The translations under genes and the position numbers were made by a program. From assembly GCA_035546335.1 (NCBI GenBank), contig DATKDP010000016.1:135380-199379 (forward strand): 64,000 nt of DNA. Reading direction: 5' to 3'. The notes below the pieces were generated by a model that did not search any database, was not told where the DNA came from, and saw only the letters and a list, made by a program, of their open reading frames with translations. The DNA is from Thermoanaerobaculia bacterium (lineage in GTDB: Bacteria; Acidobacteriota; Thermoanaerobaculia; Gp7-AA8). Positions 1-7,603 of this stretch are shown here, in pieces; the stretch's first letter is position 1, and each line of letters starts with the position of its first letter.

Positions 1-1
1 G

Positions 2-1294
2 CTCGACCGGGAAGCCTTCGAACGCGGTACGTCGGTCTATTTCCCCGGTCGGGCCGTGCCGATGCTCCCCGAACGGCTTTCAAACGGGATCTGCTCGCTG
101 AATCCTCGCGTCGACCGGCTGACCTTTTCCGTCGAAGTCGAGATCGACGGCCGGGGCCGATTCGTCGATCGGCGGATCTTCAAGTCGGTCATTCGCACGG
201 TCGAGCGGATGACCTACACGGAAGTCAACGCGATTCTCACCGATCCGACGGCACTTCTCGAAGAGCGCTACGGTCATCTGCTTCCTCTCTTCGGCAGGAT
301 GCGCGATCTCTACGAGATCCTTCGAAGGCGGCGCGAGGCTCGAGGATCGATCGACTTCGATCTGCCCGAGGCGGATGTGCTTCTCGGCGAAGAAGGGGAG
401 ATCGAGTCGATCCGGGCCAGCGAGCGCAACATCGCTCATCGGTTGATCGAGGAGCTCATGCTCGTGGCGAATGAGATCGTCGCCCAGCAGCTGATTTTCG
501 CAGCGCAGCCTGGTGTGTTCCGAGTCCATGAGCCGCCCGACTTTCAGAAACTCTCCGACCTGAAGACGATTCTGAAAGAATTTCGACATTCGCTGCGTGC
601 CGACCCGGAAGACGTTCGGCCTGGAGAGCTTCAGCGAGTCCTCCACGACATTGCCGGCACGCCCGAGGAGCGGTTCCTCAGCGAGATCATTCTGCGGACG
701 ATGAAACGCGCGTTCTATCTGGAAGAACCGATCGGCCATTTCGCGCTCGCTCTTCAGCATTACTGCCACTTCACTTCGCCGATCCGGCGCTATCCCGATC
801 TGATCGTGCACCGGATGCTCGGCGAGCTCCTCGCTGATGGTCCGATGACCGGAGATCGTCGCGATCGGATCGATGGCCTGTTGCCGGCACAAGCGCGGCA
901 GTCGAGCGAGCGTGAGCGCCGGGCGGAAGAAGCCGAGCGCGAAGTGCTCGAATGGAAGAAGGTCATCTTCATGCGCGACAAGATCGGCCTCGAGTTTCCC
1001 GGCCGCGTCACCGGAGTCGTCGCGTTCGGGCTCTTCGTCGAGCTCGACGAGATCTTCGTGCAGGGCCTCGTGCCGGTGGCATCGATCGGTGGTGATTTCT
1101 GGCTCTACCTCGACCGCGAGCACCGGCTGCGGGGGGAGAGCAGCGGGCGGGAGCTGAGGCTCGGCGATCGCGTCGTCGTTCAGGTTCGTCAGATCGACGA
1201 AGATCGACGGCAGATCGAGCTCAGGCTCCTCGAGATCGAAGGCGCCGCCGCCCTCGCCGGTCGCGAACGGGATCGAAGTCGTCGCAGACGTTGA
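2..1294 (+). CDS. rnr: Ribonuclease R, C-terminal part (5' end outside window); RNB catalytic core plus S1 domain and basic tail
   Basis: Frame continuous from base 2 (LDREAFERGTSVYFPGRAVPMLPERLSNGICSLNP). RNB signature HFALALQHYCHFTSPIRRYPDLIVHR. C-terminal S1-like region and Arg-rich tail. Confidence 0.85.
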   Translation, partial: LDREAFERGTSVYFPGRAVPMLPERLSNGICSLNPRVDRLTFSVEVEIDGRGRFVDRRIFKSVIRTVERMTYTEVNAILTDPTALLEERYGHLLPLFGRMRDLYEILRRRREARGSIDFDLPEADVLLGEEGEIESIRASERNIAHRLIEELMLVANEIVAQQLIFAAQPGVFRVHEPPDFQKLSDLKTILKEFRHSLRADPEDVRPGELQRVLHDIAGTPEERFLSEIILRTMKRAFYLEEPIGHFALALQHYCHFTSPIRRYPDLIVHRMLGELLADGPMTGDRRDRIDGLLPAQARQSSERERRAEEAEREVLEWKKVIFMRDKIGLEFPGRVTGVVAFGLFVELDEIFVQGLVPVASIGGDFWLYLDREHRLRGESSGRELRLGDRVVVQVRQIDEDRRQIELRLLEIEGAAALAGRERDRSRRRR

Positions 1295-1376
1295 ATCATG
1301 ACAAATAATTATGTACATTGCTGACTTCTTCGTCAGCCGGCGGCGGCCGGGGCGAGCGAGAGAATGCGGGGCGACG

Positions 1377-2459
1377 ATGACCGATACGATCGAAGCGACA
1401 TTGGGTGACCTGCGGCAGGAGCGGCTCGAGATCGAGTCGACGCTGCGCAGCCGGAGTGGAGAGTTGACCGAGGGCTCGGCGGCAGAGCTCGACCGGAGGT
1501 ATGGAAAACTGCAAGCGGCGTTCGCGAATCTCGCCGGCAAGGCTTCCTCGGAGTCCGTGCGAATCGAGATCATGCTCGAACTGATCCGCATCATGGAGAA
1601 CCGGTTGGTCTATCTCGAGAACTTCGCGTACGAGCCGACCTCGGATAATCGAGGTCTCGCCACTCTGGCCGGACGTTTCCTCGAGTATCTCGAGGAAAGC
1701 CGAAGCACCGTTCTCACGCCGCTCGAACGGACGTATTTTCGGGGAATCACGGCGCTTCATGCCGGCGAGGGAGAGCGGGCACGCGCAGAGCTCGAGGCTG
1801 CGTGCGCGTCGGAGGAGTCGGACGAGGCGAACGACATCAAATACAAGTCGTACGTGATTCTCGGGAACCTGCTGCATCAGGAGCGCCGCTACGAAGCGGC
1901 GCGGGACGCTCATGACCGGTCGTTGAAGTACTCGGGAAACGAGAACGTTGCCGCGCAGGCGCTGGCATTCAAGGCGCTGAACTGTTATGCGCTTCAATCG
2001 TATGACGAGGCGCTCTCCCTTTTCGAGGAGGCGCTGTCCCGTTTTCGGCCGGACGAGCCGTTCTTCAACTCCTACTTTCATCGCAACGCTCTCCTGTTCT
2101 GCGGATCGATTCACGTCGTCAGAAAGGAGTACGCGAAGGCTACCTCCTGCTATCGGCGAGTCCTCGATCATGTCGAGCCGAGCTCGTACGATTACTTCGA
2201 CGCGCTCTCGCAGATCGGAAGAATCAGCTATGCTGAGGGGAGATACGACGAGGCGATCGAGGCGCTAAGCCGGGCGGTCGAATCACACCGGTTCAGCGAG
2301 AACGAGCACCTGGTCGACACCTACTTCTGGCTGGCCCGCAGTTACGTGAAGAAAAACCAGCCGCAGGAGGCGAAGGAGCTGCTGGAGAAGATCACCGCCT
2401 CCGAAGTGCAGTACCCCAAGAAGCCGCAGGCCGCCGAACTGCTCAAGCAGGTCTCCTGA
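1377..2459 (+). CDS. TPR-repeat protein, hypothetical
   Basis: Repeated A/Y/L-rich 34-aa TPR-like units (YEAARDAHDRSLKY, YDEALSLFEEAL, YDEAIEALSRAVE). Start taken at ATG 1377 (MTDTIEA) rather than the track's 1311, to avoid the hairpin at 1318-1340. Confidence 0.55.
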   Translation: MTDTIEATLGDLRQERLEIESTLRSRSGELTEGSAAELDRRYGKLQAAFANLAGKASSESVRIEIMLELIRIMENRLVYLENFAYEPTSDNRGLATLAGRFLEYLEESRSTVLTPLERTYFRGITALHAGEGERARAELEAACASEESDEANDIKYKSYVILGNLLHQERRYEAARDAHDRSLKYSGNENVAAQALAFKALNCYALQSYDEALSLFEEALSRFRPDEPFFNSYFHRNALLFCGSIHVVRKEYAKATSCYRRVLDHVEPSSYDYFDALSQIGRISYAEGRYDEAIEALSRAVESHRFSENEHLVDTYFWLARSYVKKNQPQEAKELLEKITASEVQYPKKPQAAELLKQVS

Positions 2460-2496
2460 TCTGCAGTTGCAGCTCGCCGATCGGAGAGTATTAGTC

Positions 2497-2516
2497 ATTC
2501 ACCCCCAAAGGTGAAT
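2497..2516. terminator. Candidate bidirectional hairpin between convergent genes
   Basis: ATTCACC-cccaaa-GGTGAAT: 7-bp stem, 6-nt loop, in the 80-bp gap between the stops of the TPR gene and the RR-PP2C gene. No clear U-tract. Confidence 0.3.
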
Positions 2517-2538
2517 CCGTCGCGCGCCTTCGCCTCGC

Positions 2539-3732
2539 TCAGACGAATCGAGTGAGAACGAAAGCAATGTCGTCGCGGAAGTCTTCGGTCGACGCGAAGC
2601 CGGCGATGTCGTCGTAGAGGCGATCGTAGATCACGTCGATGCCGGCGGCCTGCGACTCCTCGAGAATCGTCGTGATTCGGTCGATCGAGTAAAACTCTCC
2701 GGTTTCCCCCTTGCGATCGGTCAACCCATCCGTATAGACGAAAAGAAGATCACCCGGCCCGACTGGTGTGGTGTGCTCTTCGAACCGCATGCCGCGCATG
2801 GCGCCAAGGAGATGTCCCGGCATTTCGCGGATATTCGCTTTTCCCTCCCTTCGCTCGAACAGGACGAAGGGGGGATGGGCGGCATTCGAGAACGTGAGCG
2901 AGCTTCCCGATTTGTCGAGTCGAAGCAGTTGTGCCGTGGCGAACTGGGAAGGAAGGCTGACGTCGACGAGGAAGTCATTCAATCCAGCCATGAACTCGGC
3001 GAGCGAGGCGGCCGATCCCGCCTCGGAGTGGAGATAGCTCTTGAGCAGGGAGACGAGAATCGCTGCCGGGAGTCCGTGCCCTGACACATCGGCGACGAAG
3101 ACATAGAGAGACTCGTCCTGGATGAAGTAGTCGTAGAAGTCTCCCGACAGGGTCTCGGTCGGGATATAGGCCGATCGAATCTCCATCTCGCGCAGGCGAA
3201 GCGAACGTTTCGGCAGGAGCGATTCCTGGACTCGGCGCGCGATCTCGAGATCCTTGTTGAAGCGCTGGTTGAGCGCCATGATGCGGTCGGATTTCTCTTT
3301 GACCTCTTCATAGAGGTGACGAAGCTGCTCGGACTGCTCGGCCATCCGGTCCTGGTAGGCCTTCACACGAAGCAGAGCCCGGACTCTCGCCAGAATGACG
3401 TCGATCTCCGAGGATTTTGTGACGAAGTCGTCGGCGCCGGAATCGAGTCCGTCGACGACGTTGCGCGTCGAGTCGGCGCCGGTGAGCATGAGGACCGGTA
3501 TGTTCTGAACCTGGGGATCGGCCTTGATCTGGCGGCATACCTCGTAGCCGTCCATTCCCGGCATGCGATAGTCGACCATCACACAATCGACCGATCCGTT
3601 CCTCAGCAGCGTGATTCCCTCCTCGCCGGAACTGGCATGGGAGACGCCGTAGCCGGCACGCTCGAGGACGCGGCGCATGAGCACAATATCGTTCGAGTTG
3701 TCGTCGATGATGACGATCCGTTGCTGCTTCAT
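2539..3732 (-). CDS. Response regulator receiver domain fused to a PP2C/SpoIIE-type Ser/Thr phosphatase (RsbU-like output)
   Basis: N-terminal receiver (IVIIDDNSND ... VDCVMVDYRMPGMDGYEV ... LTG ... KS). C-terminal PP2C motifs (SGDFYDY, FVADVSGHG, YTDGLTD). Confidence 0.8.
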   Translation of the reverse strand: MKQQRIVIIDDNSNDIVLMRRVLERAGYGVSHASSGEEGITLLRNGSVDCVMVDYRMPGMDGYEVCRQIKADPQVQNIPVLMLTGADSTRNVVDGLDSGADDFVTKSSEIDVILARVRALLRVKAYQDRMAEQSEQLRHLYEEVKEKSDRIMALNQRFNKDLEIARRVQESLLPKRSLRLREMEIRSAYIPTETLSGDFYDYFIQDESLYVFVADVSGHGLPAAILVSLLKSYLHSEAGSAASLAEFMAGLNDFLVDVSLPSQFATAQLLRLDKSGSSLTFSNAAHPPFVLFERREGKANIREMPGHLLGAMRGMRFEEHTTPVGPGDLLFVYTDGLTDRKGETGEFYSIDRITTILEESQAAGIDVIYDRLYDDIAGFASTEDFRDDIAFVLTRFV

Positions 3733-3892
3733 CGTTCTGTCGTGCCTTCCGGTCGAAGGGAGGTACCGCTGTCTGCCTTCCCGTCTTCGCCCGCTTCAGG
3801 AGTGAATTGCAACTCGAATACCGTACGGCCCATTCGATCCCTTCTGCGTTCTTTCGCGTCCGTACTGTAAACTCCCCGGAGACGAAATCACA

Positions 3893-4480
3893 ATGAAACT
3901 GATCGTCGGGTTGGGAAACCCGGGCCGCGAGTACGACAAGACGAGACACAACATCGGGTTCCGCGTGGTCGACGCCTTCGCCCGGAAGTTCAGAGTCGCT
4001 TTCGACAGGCACGAGAAGGACGCGCTCACCGGGCGGGGCCGGGTTGCGGGACGGGCGGTGGTCCTTGCAAAACCGCTGACCTGGATGAATCTGTCCGGCT
4101 CGGCCGTCAAGGGTCTGGCCGGACTGTATGTCGACTCGATGAGCGACATGATGGTCGTGTACGATGACATCGACCTGCCGGCGGGCCGGCTGCGGATCCG
4201 GGAGAGAGGCTCGGCAGGAACGCACAATGGAATGAAATCGATCGTGGCGGCGATTGGAACCGAGGAATTTCCGAGGCTGCGAGTCGGCATCGGGGGCGGC
4301 TCGAGCGAGCAGATGCTGAGCGAGTACGTTCTCGATGCGTTTTCCCCCGAAGAGGAGATCCTCATCGAGCGGGCTGTCGGTCGGGCCGTCGATGCGCTGG
4401 TTCTCTTTGCTCGAGGCGAGCTTCTTCGGGCGATGAACGAGTTCAATCGCGATCCCGAGATCGGGCTCGCGGAGGAGTGA
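3893..4480 (+). CDS. pth: Peptidyl-tRNA hydrolase
   Basis: MKLIVGLGNPGREYDKTRHNIGF ... canonical Pth N-terminus and length (195 aa). Confidence 0.9.
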   Translation: MKLIVGLGNPGREYDKTRHNIGFRVVDAFARKFRVAFDRHEKDALTGRGRVAGRAVVLAKPLTWMNLSGSAVKGLAGLYVDSMSDMMVVYDDIDLPAGRLRIRERGSAGTHNGMKSIVAAIGTEEFPRLRVGIGGGSSEQMLSEYVLDAFSPEEEILIERAVGRAVDALVLFARGELLRAMNEFNRDPEIGLAEE

Positions 4481-6081
4481 TGACGCGGATCATGGAACGA
4501 CTTCCGGCGACGTTGGCTGAGCTGCAGGCCAGCGGTCATCGAGTGCGTTCCGTCAAGGACGAGATGCGGGAGAACCTTCTGCTGAAGCTCGCTCGCAGGG
4601 AGATCACCTTCCCCGGAGTCCACGGGTACGAGCGGACGGTCATCCCCGCGCTGCACAACGCGATCCTTTCGCGCCACGACGTCATCCTTCTCGGATTGCG
4701 AGGGCAGGCGAAGACGCGCATTCTGCGAGCCTTGACCATGCTGCTGGACGAGCGGATTCCCGCCATCGAGGGATGCGAGATCAACGATCCGCCCGACGCT
4801 CCGTCCTGCAAGCGATGCAGAAGAATGGCTGCCGAGCTGGGAGATCGTCTTCCTCTTCGGTGGATCCATCGATCCGAGCGTTATCGCGAGAAACTGGCGA
4901 CCCCCGACGTCACGGTGGCGGATCTGATCGGCGACATCGATCCGATCAAGGCGGCGAATCAGCGGCTGACCTATGCCGACGAGGAAGTGATCCACTACGG
5001 CATCATCCCGAGGACCAATCGGGGAATCTTCGCCATCAACGAGCTGCCCGATCTGGCACCTCGAATCCAGGTCTCGCTGCTCAACATCCTCGAGGAGCGC
5101 GACCTTCAGATCCGTGGGTTTCCCATCCGGATTCCACTCGACGTCGTGCTCGTCTTCAGCGCGAATCCGGAAGATTACACGAATCGCGGAAACATCATCA
5201 CACCGCTCAAGGATCGGATCGATTCGCAGATCCTCACGCATTATCCGGTCGATGTGGCGACGGCGATGCGGATCACCGAGCAGGAAGCATGGCTCGATCG
5301 CCGCAGCGACGAGCTCCGTATCGAGATCCCTTCCTACGTCCGGGAGCTCGTCGAGCACGTCGCCTTCGTCGCGCGCGAATCGGATCTCGTCGACCAGTCC
5401 TCGGGGGTCTCGGCGCGCATGACCATCTCCGCGATGGAGCTCCTCCAGTCGAATCTCGAGCGCCGCGCCGCGCTGACGAGCGATCCTTTCGTTTTTCCCA
5501 GGCTCGCCGATCTGTCGATGATCCTCCCCGCCATCACCGGAAAAGTGGAGATGGTGTACGAAGGAGAGCAGCAGGGAGCGGAGGTCGTCGCCCGAAAGCT
5601 GGTCGGACAAGCCGTGGCTCGCCTCTTTCATCGAAGGTATCCGCCGGTCGAGCGCGCAGGGCGCCCGCTCGGGGGAAGCGAACGCCGGCGAGGATACGGC
5701 GAGCCGGAGGGAGAGCTCGACGATCTGCTCGGAACGAGCAGGCGTGCTCCGGCGCGCGCCAGCGAGTCCGCCGATCAGACGAGCGTGGAGGGAGAGGCCG
5801 ATTACGACGCCATCGTCGAGTGGTTCATGCAGGGAAACAAGATCACGCTTTCCGACGAACAGCCCTTTGCACACTATTTCGAAGAGCTGTGCCGCGTGCC
5901 GAAGCTCGCGGAGATCGCTCGGAGATTCATGAAACCGCATCATGACGCCGAGCTGGCTTTCGGAATGGAGTTGATTCTCGAAGGGCTTCATCAGGCACTC
6001 CGGTTGACCCGCGAGGATCTCGATTCGACGATCACGTTCGCGGAAGCGATGAAGTTCAACATCCTTCGAACGGTGAAGTGA
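4477..6081 (+). CDS. AAA+ ATPase of the Mg-chelatase ChlI/BchI-like class
   Basis: Degenerate P-loop LLGLRGQAKT. ChlI-like sensor region RGIFAINELPDL ... LLNILEERDLQIRGFPIRIPLDVVLVFSANPEDY ... ITPLKDRID. ATGA overlap with the pth stop. Confidence 0.6.
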   Translation: MMTRIMERLPATLAELQASGHRVRSVKDEMRENLLLKLARREITFPGVHGYERTVIPALHNAILSRHDVILLGLRGQAKTRILRALTMLLDERIPAIEGCEINDPPDAPSCKRCRRMAAELGDRLPLRWIHRSERYREKLATPDVTVADLIGDIDPIKAANQRLTYADEEVIHYGIIPRTNRGIFAINELPDLAPRIQVSLLNILEERDLQIRGFPIRIPLDVVLVFSANPEDYTNRGNIITPLKDRIDSQILTHYPVDVATAMRITEQEAWLDRRSDELRIEIPSYVRELVEHVAFVARESDLVDQSSGVSARMTISAMELLQSNLERRAALTSDPFVFPRLADLSMILPAITGKVEMVYEGEQQGAEVVARKLVGQAVARLFHRRYPPVERAGRPLGGSERRRGYGEPEGELDDLLGTSRRAPARASESADQTSVEGEADYDAIVEWFMQGNKITLSDEQPFAHYFEELCRVPKLAEIARRFMKPHHDAELAFGMELILEGLHQALRLTREDLDSTITFAEAMKFNILRTVK

Positions 6082-6082
6082 G

Positions 6083-6511
6083 ATGGTGAAGATCACGACG
6101 GACATTCCGGCGACCCTGTCGCGCCAGATGGAGCGGTTGATCCGCGAAGGATGGTTTCCCAGTGAAGAGGCGATCGTTCGCGAGGCAATCGTTCAGTTTC
6201 TCGACGCCAAGTCGTTCCTCGGCGATTCCCCCCGGATGCTCCATCGCTTCGCCGCCGATGCCCTGAACGAATCGAAGCCGGAGACCGCCCTCAAATTCGT
6301 CGACCGCGGAATCTCGCTTCTGACCTCCCAGGGGTTCGTCGATCTCACGCTCTACCAATCGATGGTGGAGCTCCGCGTCCAGATTCTCCTCGTTCTCGGG
6401 CGTGACGCCGACGCCCGCTCGATGCTCGAGGAAGCGCGCGAGCGGCTGCCGAACAGCCCCGGAATCGCCAAGTGGCTCTCGCGACTCTCGCGGCGCGAGA
6501 CTCCCGCATGA
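6083..6511 (+). CDS. Small ribbon-helix-helix (CopG/ParD-like) protein with a TPR-like C-terminal half
   Basis: N-terminal ITTDIPATLSRQMERLIREGWFPSEEAIVREAIVQFL is a classic RHH beta-strand plus two helices. Sits between the AAA+ and vWA genes with overlapping ends. Confidence 0.45.
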   Translation: MVKITTDIPATLSRQMERLIREGWFPSEEAIVREAIVQFLDAKSFLGDSPRMLHRFAADALNESKPETALKFVDRGISLLTSQGFVDLTLYQSMVELRVQILLVLGRDADARSMLEEARERLPNSPGIAKWLSRLSRRETPA

Positions 6512-7602
6512 GACACCGCTACGGCTGGCTGGATCCCGAGCTGATCCGGAGACTTCTGAGCGAGCTCGGTCTGCGCAGGCTCTTCAATCACCTGCTGCTC
6601 CAGTCGGGAGGCGACGTCGAGGAGGCGATGCAGTGGATGCGCGCTCTGCAGCAGCAGGGCTATCTCGATCCGAACATCGATCTGGAGGCCTTCTTCGCGC
6701 GACTGGCCGAGGAGAACGTGTTCGGCCCCGACGGTCAGGGAAATCTGGTGCTCGGTGCGGCGGGGGAGCGGCAGATCCGCAGAGACGCACTGGACGAGAT
6801 CTTCGGAGGACTGAAGAAGTCTTCAGCCGGCTACCACTCGGTGGCATCGGCGGGAGAAGGAAGCGAGCGGCTGACCGAGACGCGCCCCTATCGATTCGGT
6901 GACGATCCCGCATCCCTCGATTCCGTCCGAACCGTTCAGAATGCCCTGCGCAACGGCAATCCGTTCGAACGGATCACGATCACCGAAGATGATCTGGAAG
7001 TCTTCGAGACGGAGCACAACAGCAGTTGTGCCACGGTGGTGATGATCGACGTCTCGCATTCGATGATTCTCTATGGCGAGGACCGCATCACGCCCGCGAA
7101 GAAAGTCGCTCTGGCGCTGACCGAACTGATTCTCACGAAGTATCCGAAGGATTCGATCGATGTCGTCCTCTTCGGCGACGACGCGACGGAGATCCCGGTG
7201 TCGGAGATCCCCTACGTCAAAGTGGGCCCCTATCACACGAACACGAAGGCGGGACTGGAGCTCGCGCAGAACATCCTCCGCCGGAGAAAGCACAACAACA
7301 AGCAGATCTTCATGATCACCGACGGGAAGCCGTCGGCGTTAGTTGAGAACGGTCGTCTCTACACCAATTCGTTCGGTCTCGACATGAGGATCGTCAACCG
7401 AACCCTGGAAGAGGCGGACCACTGCAGGAGGGCCCAGATCCCGATCACGACGTTCATGCTGGCAACGGACACGATGCTGGTGAACTTCGTCGAGCAGCTC
7501 TCGAAGATCAACCGCGGACGCGCCTTCTACTCCTCCCCTGATCGCCTGGGTGAGTACATCCTCGCCGACTACATTCGCAACCGGCGAAAATTCGTCCACT
7601 GA
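6508..7602 (+). CDS. von Willebrand factor A (vWA) domain protein
   Basis: VVMIDVSHSM (MIDAS DxSxS) ... FGDDATEI ... IFMITDGKPSA. Start taken at ATG 6508 (ATGA overlap with the upstream stop). The track start at 6472 is an alternative. Confidence 0.7.
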   Translation: MRHRYGWLDPELIRRLLSELGLRRLFNHLLLQSGGDVEEAMQWMRALQQQGYLDPNIDLEAFFARLAEENVFGPDGQGNLVLGAAGERQIRRDALDEIFGGLKKSSAGYHSVASAGEGSERLTETRPYRFGDDPASLDSVRTVQNALRNGNPFERITITEDDLEVFETEHNSSCATVVMIDVSHSMILYGEDRITPAKKVALALTELILTKYPKDSIDVVLFGDDATEIPVSEIPYVKVGPYHTNTKAGLELAQNILRRRKHNNKQIFMITDGKPSALVENGRLYTNSFGLDMRIVNRTLEEADHCRRAQIPITTFMLATDTMLVNFVEQLSKINRGRAFYSSPDRLGEYILADYIRNRRKFVH

Positions 7603-7603
7603 T

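Noticed and set aside
1318-1340. Hairpin GCTGAC-ttcttc-GTCAGC after the RNase R stop as an intrinsic terminator
   Set aside because: Only a 6-bp stem with no U-tract. It may simply be the start region of the TPR gene. Kept out of the feature list.
80-1594. 504-aa minus-strand ORF antisense to RNase R
   Set aside because: Composition is Arg/Ser/Ala-rich low-complexity typical of antisense frames in high-GC DNA. The plus-strand frame has unambiguous RNase R motifs.
3796-6105. 769-aa minus-strand ORF spanning pth and the AAA+ gene
   Set aside because: Antisense to two well-supported genes. No domain signals.
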